Shown: positions 45,108 to 57,711 of the stretch, piece by piece | How positions within the stretch are numbered: position 1 is the stretch's first letter | How the letters are laid out: the number at the start of each line of letters is the position of its first letter | Assembly (NCBI GenBank): GCA_963796285.1 | Contig: CAWCKW010000012.1 | Location: 288,001 to 352,000, forward strand | Source of the DNA: Nitrospirota bacterium | GTDB taxonomy: Bacteria > Nitrospirota > UBA9217 | Reading direction: 5' to 3' | DNA: 64,000 bases | Made by a program: the position numbers and the translations under genes | The notes under the pieces: generated by a model | Seen by the model: the letters and a program-made list of their open reading frames with translations, nothing else | What the model was told of the DNA's origin: nothing | The model's database searches: none

Positions 45108-46298
45108 ATGCCGATGAAAAGATCCCTTTCCTCGATCTCATAACCCCTCATCGCGAGATGGAGGAGGAGCTTATTGCAATAGTCCGGAAATCTCTTCAGA
45201 CCGCAGGTTTTATCGGCGGCCCGATGGTAGAGAATTTCGAACGTGAGTTCGCGGCATATTGTGACACAACGTACTGCGTTGGCCTGGGGAGCGGTACCGA
45301 TGCGCTGCGCTTCGCGCTTATTGCTCTTGGAGTCGGGCAGGGTGATATGGTTATAACGGTTGCCAATACCTTTATCGCCACAACCGAGGCGATTTCCCAG
45401 GCAAATGCATCGATTGCTTTTGTAGATATTGATGAACGGACATATACCATGGACCCTGAAAAGCTCAGGGAATTCATCGAAACACAATGCACACAGGGGC
45501 CTGAAGGACGACCAATCCACCAAAAAACCGGCAAGACTGTGGCGGCAATAATTCCCGTTCATTTGTACGGCCAAATGGCTGATATGGACGCCATCATGGA
45601 AATAGCCCGAAAGCACAAACTAAAAGTGGTAGAGGATGCGTGCCAGGCGCATGGAGCAAAGTATTTCTCCAGGAAGGAAAATCGCTGGAGAACTGCCGGA
45701 TCCATCGGCCATGCTGCGGCATTCAGCTTTTATCCGGGGAAGAACCTTGGGGCATGCGGCGAAGCGGGAGCTGCTACGACGAATGATGAAGCAGTTGCTA
45801 AAGACCATCAAAATGATAAGGGATCATGGTCAGGCCCAGAAGTACTATCATGATATCGAAGGATACAATGGAAGGCTTGACGCGATCCAGGCCGGGATCC
45901 TCTCCGCCAAACTAAAGCGTCTGCCGGCCTGGACCGAGGCACGCCAAAAAGCGGCGGCCCGCTATACTGATATGTTAAAAGGAGTTGCAAACAGTGCAAC
46001 ACCTTATGAAGGCGAATGGTCAAAGGCGGTATATCACCTCTATGTGATCCGGACCGGCAAGCGGGACGAACTGAAAAAATATCTCGCGGGAGAAAATATT
46101 GATACCGGCCTTCATTATCCTGTCCCTCTTCATCAACAAAAAGCATATGCAACCATGGATTTTCATAATGGCAGTCTTGCGGTCTCTGAACGGGTGGCGG
46201 GGGAGATCATTTCTTTGCCAATGTTCCCGGGGTTGACGGAAGAACAGCAAAAAAGAGTAGTCAGCTCGATAAAGGGATTCATGGAGCATAGCGTATAG
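45108..46298 (+). CDS. DegT/DnrJ/EryC1/StrS aminotransferase
   Basis: [37 protein letters not shown]. Confidence 0.92.
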
Positions 46299-46429
46299 CG
46301 CAGAGAGCAGGGAGCGGTGCGCAGAGACGCTATGCGCTGCGCTTTTGCGTTTTGCTCCGGAATGCAATGTCCAAATTCAGATTTCAGGGTTTGAGGATAT
46401 GGCAACTGACGATCGAGATTGCGCATGAA

Positions 46430-46767
46430 CTCTTCGAACTTCTCTACACACTGCCTCAGGATTGTCGTTATGTAGTATTATGAAGGAGCAACACATTGAC
46501 ATTTGGTAGAGGAAATTAGATTGGATCATAGAGAAAAGGGGTATGGTTCTTTTAATCACCCACCCCGACTATATGAATTTCAGCAAAGATCGTTGCGGGA
46601 TCGATGTGTACCAAATGGCGTTTTATAAAGAATTGCTCGATTACATAAAAAGTAAACATGAGGGGCAATATTGGCACGTGTTGCCCAAGGAAATAGGACG
46701 ATGCTGGAAAGAAAAAATGGTGAAAAATGGGCTGGAAGGCAATTCGAAAACTGAAGGTAACGCTTGA
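46430..46767 (+). pseudogene. Decayed C-terminal remnant of a polysaccharide deacetylase (paralog of 59421-60344)
   Basis: YTLPQD, HPDYMNF and YWHVLPK motifs, with internal stops and no N-terminus. Confidence 0.7.
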
Positions 46768-47921
46768 TAAAATCTTTTGAGAAACCCATTTATGTGACCA
46801 GACCCTTTTTGCCACCCTTGGAGGAGTTCCACCAGGGACTTGAGGAAATATGGGAAAACCGATGGCTTACGAACAATGGGCCCATCCTCCAGCGTTTTAC
46901 TCAGGAAATGAGCAACTTCTTTGAAACAGACAACCTCTGTCTTGTTCAATAATGGGACGCTGGCCCTTCAGATAGCCCTGCAAGGGATGGGAATCATCGG
47001 GAGAGGTCATTACAACCCCCTTTACCTTTGTGGCGACGACTCACGCGTTATATTGGAACAACATCAGACCCGTGTTCGTGGACATAGAACCCGAATACTA
47101 TACTATTGATCCTGAAAAAGTAGAGGCCGCGATCACCCCCTGGACAACAGCCATCCTGGCTGTCCACGTGTACGGCCATCCCTGCAAACGTGAATGCGCT
47201 GGCCGATATTGCGCGTCGGCACAATTTGAGGCTCATTTATGACGCAGCGCACGCTTTCGGCACGGAAGTGGGCGACAAGTCCATCGCCCATTTCGGCGAT
47301 TTGAGCATGTTCAGCTTTCACGCCACTAAATTGTTCCACTCCATAGAGGGGGGAATGCTGATTTTCCAGGAGAACGGGCTGAAAGGCATATTCGACTATC
47401 TCAAGAACTTCGGCTTCAAAAACGACGTCGAAGTGGTCATGCCCGGCACGAATGCCAAAATGAACGAAATGCAGGCCTTGATGGGCATTCAAGTTCTGAA
47501 ATATATTGATGAAATAATACTCAAGCGGTCAAAGATAACTGAATTATATCGGGCGTGCCTCAAGAAAGTCCCCGGCATTCGACTCGTGCCTGCCCTGTCT
47601 CCTGATATACGATACAATTACGCTTACCTGCCGGTCGAAGTGGATGAAAAAGAATTTGGGATGAGCCGCGATGACTTGTATGAAAGACTCAAACAATGGA
47701 ACGTTCACACTCGTCGTTATTTCTATCCATTAGTCTGCGATTACTCATGTTATCGCAGCATATCGGTGAACGATCCATTGACTGTTGCCCGCCGCGTGGC
47801 CGAGCGCATATTGACTCTCCCGATCTATGAGAGTCTGGAACTGTCCGAGGTCGAGGGCATTTGCGATATTATTCTTTCTCTTCAACAGAGGAAGGACGCT
47901 TCTTTTGATTATTCAGCATAA
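46764..47921 (+). CDS. DegT-family aminotransferase (VioA-like), frameshifted
   Basis: IYVTRPFLP, LTNNGP, NGTLAL, YDAAHAFG, SFHATKLFHSIEGG, TRRYFYP. Confidence 0.88.
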
Positions 47922-48335
47922 CATCCCTGGGATGGTCATGTTTCTTGGCAGGCGGGAGGGAGAAATCATTGGGGCGACCCTGGTTTTGATTCATGATCAA
48001 GTGGCCTATATTCATTTGTCCACCAATACCAGCTAAGGTTACAAGATAGGAGCTTCATATGGAATTTTCTGGAAGGCTCTCGTCTACTTATACGATCCGG
48101 GCATCCGATACGTTCATCTCGGTGGGATGGCTGGGATAAAAGAAGACCCTACCGACGGCTTGGCCCAATTCAAAAGAGGCTGGTCTAATGACCAGCGCGT
48201 CATTTATTTTGTGGCCGTGCTTTTGACCGGCAAAAGTACGAATCTATTTGTCGTCAACATCAGATCGCCGATGTTGACTATTTCCCGGCATACAGGGCAA
48301 GGTAAGCTATTAGTAGCGGTAGGGAAGTTCCTGTG
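47910..48335 (+). pseudogene. C-terminal remnant of a GNAT/FemAB-like acyltransferase
   Basis: AYIHLS, HLGG.AG and DGLAQFKRGWS motifs, with a stop and no N-terminus. Confidence 0.55.
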
Positions 48336-48408
48336 AAAGACTAAAATGATAGGTTCAAGATACGGTGCTATGTTTGTGGCACAGGGAAATTGAAAGAACG
48401 CGAAAAGA

Positions 48409-48685
48409 TGAGGGTTTAACATGGTTTTATTCGGCGTCGGTAGCATGTTTAGTGTTAACTTGAGTTCGTCAACATGCTGGACAAGAAAGGTCACCCGGAT
48501 TGTTATCAACGCTCCGGCACAGAAGCGAGAGTATAAATGACTTCGAGTCTAGGCACCAGGAACTGAATGAACGGCCGCTGATTGCGCCTTTGGAGGATTT
48601 TGCTTCCCGGGGAGGACGAAGAGTATTTCGTTGTGCCGACCACGCCCCAAAAGGTCGTTCTTATAGAATTCGCAAATTCATAATG
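48409..48685 (+). pseudogene. N-terminal remnant of the NeuD/PglD-like acetyltransferase (copy of 51193-51460)
   Basis: DNA shared with the intact gene, e.g. ggaactgaatgaacggccgctgatt and ttggaggatttt. Confidence 0.7.
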
Positions 48686-48736
48686 CGCACGATGCGTATA
48701 TTTTTCAATACGCAGTTTGTAACGAGGAGGGCAAAA

Positions 48737-50356
48737 TGAAAAGAAATTTCAGCACGAAGTTCGTATGGACCTTGAGTCTCATCGTCATGTTTTTATGGCT
48801 GGCAAGCAACGGCTGCACGAGCGCACTGCAGACACTTCAGATCCAACATCTTCAGCGCAAATTAATGTAAGCAGCCGTCAAATCGCATATGGCAATGTTG
48901 GCCTGAATAGTAGTACGGACCAGACTGATCTCGATCCAAAATACCGGATCAAGCGGCCTTAATATCGGTCAGATTGCTCAGGCAAAACCCCTGGCTCCTC
49001 CTTTCAGCATCGTGAGTGATGCTTGCTCCGGGCAGGCGGTGCAGCCGTCGGCGGAATGCAGCTTCAAAGTTCGGTTCAGTCCGACAAGCCAGGGTACTTT
49101 TACCCAGAGCTTCGACATCCCATCGGACGCTTCCAATGATAATTCCATGACAGTAGGCGTTACCGGAAGCGGAGCAGAGCCACCGCAAATTAATGTAAGC
49201 AGCCGTCAAATCTCAAACGGCAATGTTGTCCTGAATAATATTTCGGACCAGACTATCTCGATCCAAAATACCGGATCAATCAGCCTTAATATCGGTCAGA
49301 TTGCTCAGGCAAACCCCCTGGCTCCTCCTTTCAGCATCGTGAATGATGCTTGCTCCGGGCAGGCGGTGCAGCCGTCGGCGGCATGCAGCTTCAAAGTTCG
49401 GTTCGATCCGACAAGCCAGGGTACTTTTACCGACAGCTTCGACATCCCATCGGATGCAGCCAATGAAAATTCCGTGACAGTAGACGTTACGGGAAGCGGA
49501 AAAGCGCTCAGGGTCGCCATTAACCAAGTCAATACAACTAGTTGTTCGACGACGGGGGTTCTTGAGCTTATAGTCAACGTAACTGATCAAAATAATACTC
49601 CCCTGGCAGGGCTGACAGCCGGCGACTTTCAATTAAAGGAAAATGGCGTGCAGCAGACGATCTAAAGCGTTTCACAAGTTACAACGCCAGTACCAATATC
49701 AGTGGCCATGGTTCTCGATTACTCGGGAAGCGTGCAAAACCAGCTTCCGACCATTGAAGCCGCATCTATCAATTTTATAGGGTATCTGAACCCGGATGAT
49801 GAGGCTTCAATCATCAAATTTGCGCAAATGCACAACAGATGTGCAGCTTTACGAGCGATACTGCTGTTTTGATAACGGCGATAAACACCGCGCCGTCAGA
49901 ATCGGGGGAAGGAGAAACATATCTGTATGACACCCTCTGGTTTGCCGTCGAAAAAACCGCCGTGAGACTGAAACACAAAGCTATTGTTTTGGTTTCTGAC
50001 GGCTGGGACGACGGATACCTGGGCGTTCCGAACGGTTCTGTCAAAACGCTGGACGAGGTCATCGCATATGCAACGGAAAATGACGTGGCAATATACACGG
50101 TAGGTCTGGGCGACAACGTTGACGGCGGCGTCATGAACCGTCTGGCAAGCGAAACCGGAGGACAATATTATTATATTACAACTGCCAGATCAACTCTCCG
50201 GTGTTTACCAGGCCATCAGTGATATTCTTCTCGGCCAATACTCTATAAAATACGTCTCTTCCCTGCATGGCAGCAGTCCGATCATGCTGGAGATCGATGT
50301 GGTGAGCCGGCGCTGATGAGGGCGTGGGCGCATCGCAGGTTGTAGGGTGCCCCTGA
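48737..50356 (+). CDS. Exported/lipoprotein with two Ig-like (ASH/choice-of-anchor D-like) repeats and a VWA domain, frameshifted
   Basis: Signal peptide with NGC; about 327-bp direct repeat (48856/49183); MIDAS motifs VLDYSGS, TYLYD, LVSDG; ASETGG. Confidence 0.75.
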
Positions 50357-50389
50357 GGCGACTAAACCTTACCGTTGCATGAGAAATCG

Positions 50390-50735
50390 ACGGGATTCGT
50401 CCTGTAACGCCTTTATCTTCCGCACTAAGTTACAGGTGTGCCTACATGCCGATCGAACTGATGAATAGGAATTTAGGGTGAGCCGCGATGATTGGTATGA
50501 TAGTCTCGAACAATGGAATGAACGTACTCGGCGTTATTTTTATCGGTCGGCTTGCGATAACTCATGTTAGCGCGGTATTCCGATGAACGGTTCCTAGACT
50601 GTTGCCCGTGGAGTTGGCGAGTGCAGATTAATGCTGCCAATCCACGATAGTCTGGAATCGTCAGACATCGAGGTGAGTTGCGAGATTATCATATCTCTTC
50701 ATTCACGGAAAGGACCGCATTCGAACAGTAAATAG
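50390..50735 (+). pseudogene. Decayed copy of the 3' end of the aminotransferase at 47580-47890
   Basis: Colinear DNA similarity (gagccgcgatga, caatggaa, actgttgcccg, agtctggaa) with stops. Confidence 0.7.
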
Positions 50736-50891
50736 ATTCTGATGGCGCTTCAATTACATCCTCAGGTGTAAATAAAGGCATATGTCTGCCAAAGGATAAT
50801 GGGTGCAAGATACCCGGATGCGACCGTATATGATCGCAAGGCCTCTTGCGAAAAGTAACTGCTATCGAAAACTATCGCCCGGAGACTCGAA

Positions 50892-51190
50892 ATGATCAAT
50901 ATACTGACAACTGGCGCGTGTGGCGTCACCTCAAGAGCGCTAGCTCGAAGCTTGCGCAGGAGTACTTTCTTCGCCGATGTTCGGCTCGTCGGCACGGACA
51001 TATGTGATAATCTCTACGGGACCAGCGAAGGGCTTTTTGATAAAATTAACAAGGTCCCCCTCTGGAACAGCCCGGATTATATGCCCAAGAGACATCGATG
51101 GCGTGCCGCTGTATATTGAGAATTGGCAGGACCCGCAGGTGGGGTCGGTCTCGTGACGGCTTCAGAGAAACCGGGAAAACTCAAAAAGGG
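50892..51190 (+). pseudogene. Fragment of an ATP-grasp-like protein N-terminus
   Basis: INILTTGACGV..LVGTD resembles an ATP-grasp N-terminus; truncated. Confidence 0.45.
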
Positions 51191-51192
51191 CA

Positions 51193-51852
51193 ATGCTTAA
51201 TATGGTCTTATTCGGCGTTGGTAACATGCTCAGTGATGTTTATGATTGCGTTCATGCGTTGGGCAAGAAGATCACCCGGATTGTTCTCAACGCTCCGGAA
51301 CAGAAGCGCGAGCGTACAAAAGACTTTGAGACAAGGCTCCGGGAACTGAATGAACGGCCGCTGATTACGCCGTTGGAGGATTTTACTCCCCGGGAGGACG
51401 AAGGGTACTTCGTTGTTCCGACCACTCCCCAAAAGGCCGTTCTTATAGAATATCTTAAGAATAAATACCGGCTGCAGTTCTCCCAATTGATCCATCCAAC
51501 GGCATACGTTTCTCCCCGTGCAAAGATAGGACAGGGCGTCTTTATCGGCCCCATGAGCGTTATCGGCCCGGGATGTGTTCTCAAAGACCACGTTTTCGTG
51601 AACCGTGGAGTTAGCGTCGGGCATGACACCGTACTTCATGAATACGTGCGCTTGAATCCCGGCAGTAATATCGCCGGCCACGTCGAGATCCTGGCCGGAG
51701 CGATGATCGGCCTCGGCGCAAATGTAGTAGAGGAACTCGTCATCGGAAAAGGTGCTGTAGTCGCGGCCGGCGCGGTAGTGATCAACGATGTACGGGATAA
51801 AACTCTGGTCGCCGGCGTTCCGGCGGTCTTCAAGAAAACATATGAAGGCTGA
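51193..51852 (+). CDS. NeuD/PglD/VioB-family sugar acetyltransferase
   Basis: LIHPTAYVS, hexapeptide repeats, VGHD, VAGVPA. Confidence 0.9.
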   Translation: MLNMVLFGVGNMLSDVYDCVHALGKKITRIVLNAPEQKRERTKDFETRLRELNERPLITPLEDFTPREDEGYFVVPTTPQKAVLIEYLKNKYRLQFSQLIHPTAYVSPRAKIGQGVFIGPMSVIGPGCVLKDHVFVNRGVSVGHDTVLHEYVRLNPGSNIAGHVEILAGAMIGLGANVVEELVIGKGAVVAAGAVVINDVRDKTLVAGVPAVFKKTYEG

Positions 51853-51863
51853 GTGGTTAAATC

Positions 51864-52826
51864 TTGACAATACGGGGAAGAACGAAAGGGGGAGGCAACA
51901 TAAACAACAAACTCATCATCAATTTTGCGCCGACCGGTATGATCCCGACAAAGGCAATGACGCCCCATGTACCGGTCAGTGTTTCCGAGATCGTTGAAGA
52001 CGTTCATGAAGCCTGTGAAGTGGGCATCTCCATGGTCCATCTGCATGCCAGAGACCCCCTTTCAGGCAAGCCGACGTATAAGGCGGAGATTTTCGCCGAA
52101 ATCATCGGAGGGATCCGCAAGTTCTCGCCGGAATTGATCATATGCGTGTCATTGAGCGGTCGTGATTTTACGGAATTTGAAAAAAGAGCGGAACCATTGG
52201 AGCTGGACGGAGACCTGAAACCGGACATGGGAAGCCTGACCCTGAGCTCGGTCAATTTCAACAAACAGGCTTCAATCAACGAACCGGCCATGATTCAGGC
52301 CCTGGCCTTGCGGATGAAAGAGCGGGGGATCAGCCCTGAACTCGAGGCATTTGACATCGGCATGATCAATTATGCGCGCTACCTGGAAAAGAAATCATTG
52401 ATATCGCCGCCTTATTATTTCAATCTCCTGCTGGGCAACATCGCATGCGCGCAGGCCGACCTTCTGCATGTCGGCATTATGATCAGGGACCTGCCCGAGC
52501 GGTCCTTGTGGAGCCTGGCCGGCATAGGAGACAGTCAATTACCCATGAACAGCGTGGCCATTGCGATCGGCGGGGGCGTCCGTGTTGGCCTCGAAGATAA
52601 TATTTTCTTCGACGGCCGAAGAACCAGGCTGGCGCGCAATATTGATCTGCTGAGGCGAATTCATATTATCGCCAATGACCATGATAGGCCCGTCATGACG
52701 GCGGACGAATTAAGGCGAGTATTGGATCTGGAAGAGGGGAATGGTCGATACGGCAGAAAAATAGACAGACAGGTTTCAGAGCCGAAGGTCGACGCAGGGA
52801 CCGCGTATTCGGAGAGGGTGGTTTGA
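51864..52826 (+). CDS. Beta-keto acid cleavage enzyme (BKACE/DUF849, Kce-like)
   Basis: IINFAPTG, VHLHAR, PELEAFD, RVGLEDN. Confidence 0.9.
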   Translation: MTIRGRTKGGGNINNKLIINFAPTGMIPTKAMTPHVPVSVSEIVEDVHEACEVGISMVHLHARDPLSGKPTYKAEIFAEIIGGIRKFSPELIICVSLSGRDFTEFEKRAEPLELDGDLKPDMGSLTLSSVNFNKQASINEPAMIQALALRMKERGISPELEAFDIGMINYARYLEKKSLISPPYYFNLLLGNIACAQADLLHVGIMIRDLPERSLWSLAGIGDSQLPMNSVAIAIGGGVRVGLEDNIFFDGRRTRLARNIDLLRRIHIIANDHDRPVMTADELRRVLDLEEGNGRYGRKIDRQVSEPKVDAGTAYSERVV

Positions 52827-52877
52827 GAGACTCGATGGTCGAAGACGCCTGATTCGGGGATTAAACCTTCTCTAATT

Positions 52878-54367
52878 ATGACAGACAATCTTCAACAGAA
52901 AACACCTGGCGCCATCTCATGGAGTTTTGTCGAGGCCCTGGTGCGCAGCGGGGCGTGCAATTCGTCATCGGGATCGTTTTGGCGCGGCTGCTGTTCCCTG
53001 AGCAGTTCGGTCTGATCGGGATGCTGACGATCTTCATGGCTGTATCTCAATCATTCCTTGACAGCGGATTCGGCGCTGCCTTGATCCAGAAACGGGAAAT
53101 AACGCAAACCGACATCTGTTCCGATATTTTATTTTAATATACTGGTGGGGTTGGCAGCCGCGGGCCTGTTGTGTCTCGCCGCCCCCTGGATAGCCGCTTT
53201 TTATAAACAGCCTGTCCTGACCCCCCTGACGCGGGCGCTGTCGCTGACCATCGTGATAAATTCCTTCGGCCTGATTCAGAGCACCATCCTCACCAGACAG
53301 ATCAACTTCAAGACCCAGACCAAGGTAAGCCTGATCGCCGGCGCATTGTCGGGTATCATCGGTATTACTCTGGCCGCCGTGGATTCGGCGTATGGAGCCT
53401 GGTTATTCAGCAGATATCCAGCTCGCTTTTTTCAGACAGTTTGTCTCTGGTCTATATCAGTTCCTGGAGGCCGATCCTGATCTTCAGCTTCAACTCCCTG
53501 CGGGAAATGTTCGGTTTCGGTTCGCGCATGCTGTTTTCAGGATTGCTGAATCAGATCTTTGACAATATCTATCTCGTGGTCATCGGCAGGCTGTTTTCCG
53601 CCGCTGATCTCGGATTATTTTACACGCGCCAAGACCATGAATGATCTTCCAACGCAAACGTTGTCGGGAATGGTGGGACGGGTCACGTTTCCTGTGTTCT
53701 CCACGATCCAGGATGATCCGGCCCGACTGAAAAGAGGATTGAAAAAGGCCTTGACCATGCTGGTTCTGGTGAATTTCCCCATGATGATCGGCCTGGCGAT
53801 CATTGCCCGTCCCCTGGTGCTGGTAATGTTGACGGAAAAGTGGGCACCCTCTGTTCCTTATTTGCAGTTGCTCTGTGTGGCCGGTTTGCTGTTTCCGCTG
53901 CAACTGATGAACTTGAATGTGCTGCAGGCCCTGGGCCGGTCCGACCTTTTTTTCCGCCTGGAGATCATCAAAAAAGTCATGATCGCGATCAATATTGCCA
54001 TAACCTGGCGATGGGGCATATCCGCGATGATTTACGGCATGATCGTCAATTCGATCATCGCGTATTATTTGAACAGTTATTACAACGGCAGTTCTGATCA
54101 GTTACCCGCATCAAAGAGCAGGTGCTTGACCTGTTCCCTTACCTCATCGCGGCCTCACTGATGGGCATTGCGGTATATGCCGCCGGGTTGCTGCAGTTCT
54201 CCCACCAATGGTCCATGCTTTTAGTGCAAATTGCCACGGGAATAGTTGTTTATGTTCTCCTTTGCCGCGTATTTCGCTTGAAGGCTTTTATGGAAATATG
54301 GCAAGCGGGTTGGAATAAGATAAAGACATCAGGATTCAAGGTGTCGAGGGTTCAAGGATTCAAGTGA
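52878..54367 (+). CDS. Wzx flippase (WzxC-like), frameshifted
   Basis: LARLLFPEQFG, DSGFGAALIQK, about 12 TM segments. Confidence 0.88.
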
Positions 54368-54513
54368 GATGCTCGAGCATTCGGACCCCTTGAACCTGCA
54401 ACTCTCCCGTAGCTGGCTACGGGGCCACCTATTAGGTCCCTCCCCCTTGAAAACCGAGAGATAATGTTTTTATATTTAAAATAATAGAAGTCAGAGTACA
54501 TAGAGGTGAGTGC

Positions 54514-55524
54514 TTGAATAAAATTATGATTACTGGAGCGGCCGGTTTCATCGGGTTCCATCTATCGCGAAAATTGCTCGAACAAGGCGTTGAGGTGACA
54601 GGCATCGATAATTTAAACGATTATTACGATGTGAATCTCAAACGAGCACGACTGTCGGTCCTCGAAGATCGTAAGAATTTTATGTTTATGAGAGCCAACT
54701 TGTCAGACCGGCTGACCATAGATGAGCTATTTAGAAAGGGTAAATTCGATTGCGTGGTGAATTTGGCAGCCCAGCCTGGCGTTCGTTATTCCTTAAAAAA
54801 CCCTTATTCCTACATCGACAGCAACATTGTCGGGTTCACGAACATCCTGGAAGGTTGCCGACACAATCATGTCAAACATCTCGTTTTCGCCTCTTCAAGC
54901 TCGATCTACGGAACCAATGCCAAAATACCTTTTTCAGTCAGCGATAATGTGGACCACCCTGTTTCACTTTATGCCGCGTCCAAAAAAGCGAACGAGCTGA
55001 TGGCGCATACCTATGCACATTTATATGGTCTCCCGTGCACCGGCCTCAGGTTCTTTACGGTCTATGGTCCCTGGGGTCGTCCGGATATGGCCTATTTTTC
55101 CTTCACCAAAGCTATTCTGGAGGGAAAACCCATTGACGTATTCAACAACGGCGACATGAAGCGTGATTTCACCTATATCGACGACATTGTTGAAGGGGTT
55201 TTACGTGTCATGGATAAAATCCCCCAGCCAAATCCCAGCTGGGACAGGACAAAGGCCGACCCGGGATCTAGTTATGCTCCTTACAAATTGTACAACATCG
55301 GCAACAATAACCCTATTGACCTGTCGAAATTTATTGCGCTCTTGGAGTCGAATCTCGGTAAAACCGCGTTAAAAAACATGCTTCCCATGCAGCCCGGAGA
55401 CGTCCCCATTACCTATGCTGATGTTGATGATCTTATGCGCGACGTGGGTTTTAAGCCCTTGACTCCAATCGAGGAGGGCATTCAAAAGTTTGTGGTATGG
55501 TTCAAGGAGTATTACGGCTTATGA
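54514..55524 (+). CDS. UDP-glucuronate 4-epimerase (CapI/Uge-like SDR)
   Basis: [40 protein letters not shown]. Confidence 0.92.
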   Translation: MNKIMITGAAGFIGFHLSRKLLEQGVEVTGIDNLNDYYDVNLKRARLSVLEDRKNFMFMRANLSDRLTIDELFRKGKFDCVVNLAAQPGVRYSLKNPYSYIDSNIVGFTNILEGCRHNHVKHLVFASSSSIYGTNAKIPFSVSDNVDHPVSLYAASKKANELMAHTYAHLYGLPCTGLRFFTVYGPWGRPDMAYFSFTKAILEGKPIDVFNNGDMKRDFTYIDDIVEGVLRVMDKIPQPNPSWDRTKADPGSSYAPYKLYNIGNNNPIDLSKFIALLESNLGKTALKNMLPMQPGDVPITYADVDDLMRDVGFKPLTPIEEGIQKFVVWFKEYYGL

Positions 55525-55595
55525 CCTGGATGAACTTTGGCACTAATAGGGAGCGTTTATCTATCACCTCGTACCCAGAGGTCGGATGTATTAAA

Positions 55596-55840
55596 TGATC
55601 GATACCCGGAAACAATAAAAACTTGAATTCCGACAAGAAGTTTTCCGAGATCCTCACCGGCTCAGTCTACGTCATCGCGGCCAGGGTAGTTGCTATCGGT
55701 CTGACCCTGGTAGCGAGTGTCATCGTCGCCCGCATCTATGGGGCCGAAGCCATGGGCACTTTGGCTGTGGTAAACTCCTTTCTTATTATAGTGACTATCT
55801 TCACTGTTCTTGGGACGAACACCTCCATCTGGCGCTGAGC
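55596..55840 (+). pseudogene. N-terminal fragment of a second flippase
   Basis: KKFSEILTGS..VARIYGAEAMG..LGTNTSI, then truncation. Confidence 0.6.
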
Positions 55841-56014
55841 TAAAACAAAAGAAGGCTATTCCAAACGATGTTGTTAAATACACCCAGAAAGAACAAGTGA
55901 ACAGAACCGTCACTAAGCCAAAGGTTTTAGGAGTCGGTAAATGAACCTGCTTCGCAAACCGGTTATGACGCTCTGCGATCTTATCGCAATCATTCAAAAT
56001 GTTAGGGGGTTACA

Positions 56015-56430
56015 ATGAAATATCGTCTTCTTGACCTGCTCTGTTGTCCCTCGTGTGGAAATCAATTAAAACTAAATTCATTTGAAGAAGGTACAAATGA
56101 ATCAGGTAATTTAGAGCAGTCAATCAAATCGCCTCGATGTAACATATATTGTGGATTGCAAAACATTTCGATAAAAGGCCATGATGCCGGCAAGGAACAG
56201 CGTAAGTTTGATTGCATAACATGTTATAAAAAAAGAAATATTGGAGGGGATATTGTCATGCACATGTGGAAACGTGTTTCCAATAAGCAGCTGCGTACCG
56301 TGCATGTTAAATGGCAACTTAGAGGCTTATCCGGAGTTTGTTGCGAAAAACAAAGATAAGCTGATAGGTTTAACAGGGGATAAGGAAAAGAATACAAAAT
56401 TATCATCACTGCAACCTCATCGTATATAAC
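56015..56430 (+). pseudogene. Trm112-like zinc-knuckle N-terminus of a methyltransferase, truncated
   Basis: LLDLLCCPSC ... EGILSCTCGNVFPI; catalytic domain absent. Confidence 0.5.
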
Positions 56431-56601
56431 TCAAAACACGGAAAAGGAGAGAAATGGTAAAGGTTACGAAGCCTGTATCGTCTATCGTCAGAGAGTCTGC
56501 GTTCAACTACGAAAGACGTAACCTTTAAAACCGAAACAGGCATCGTTACCATTGCCGTTATCTTCTTGGTCCTGAATTGTCCGGAATAGGAGTTCCTTAA
56601 C

Positions 56602-57598
56602 ATGCCAGCGCCCCTGGTCAGCGTCAAGATGGTCACATACAACCATGCGCCTTTTATCGCGCAGGCCATCGAGGGAGTTTTGCAGCAGAAAACGAAATTT
56701 CCCTTCGAACTGGTGATAGGGGAGGACTGTTCCACCGACGGCACACGGGAGCTTGTTTTTGAGTATCAGAAAAAACACCCGGACATCATTCGAGTGGTCA
56801 CGTCGGACGAAAATGTCGGAATGAAGAAAAACGGCCTAGCGCGTTTTAGCGGCCTGTCAGGGAAAGTACATTGCTTTTTGTGAAGGCGATGATTTTTGGC
56901 ACAATCCGGACAAACTTCAAAAACAGGCGGATTACCTCGACAGCAATCCGGAATGCGGGCTGGTGTATTCCAGTTATGATGTATATCTTGTCAACCGTAA
57001 GAAAAAAATAAATGATTTCATGAAATACCGGAAGTGGAAGATACCGGAAAATCCCTCTATATCTCATCTTCTTGAAGGCAAGGGTGTGCCCTTGACCTGT
57101 ACCGTTATGATTCGACGGGATCTTTGTGAGCAGATTATTGCAGCAGATCCCTATCTCCACCGAAGCGGCCATTTTCTCATGGGTGACACCCAGCTCTGGG
57201 TGGAGATGGCAACAATGGCTCGACTGCATTATATCCCTGAGTCGCTGGCAACCTATAACATTACGGATGAATCAGCTACCAGAAGCAAGGATGTCAAAAA
57301 GGAAATACGATTCTCAATGTCAAACGCGGAACTTATGCTCTATCTTTGTAACAAGTATGATCTTCCGCAACAGTTAAAAGATAAGTTTCAAATTTACTTT
57401 GATGAATGTTCTTTAAAACTTGCTTTTCATGCAGGAAATAAGGAATTGGCTGATGAGGTGCGAATAAGGAAACAGACCTTCACGTGGGAGGAATGGCTTC
57501 TCTATTACGGTGCTAAAAAAACGACGATTCATTATCCTGCTCGTTTAGCAGTAGCATTTCGAAGATTATTTAGAAAAAAGCATAGTCAATGGATGTAA
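56602..57598 (+). CDS. GT2 glycosyltransferase, frameshifted
   Basis: PLVSV..TYNHAPFI, IGEDCSTDGT, CEGDDFW..KLQKQ. Confidence 0.88.
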
Positions 57599-57711
57599 TA
57601 TGGTGCAATGTTAGGGAAATCCAGCGGTTAAAAAGATTTTCCATCCGGACCTGCATTGAAGTATTTGATTTCTTCGGCCCCTGATGAGAACAGCGGAAAG
57701 GTGAATCATAG

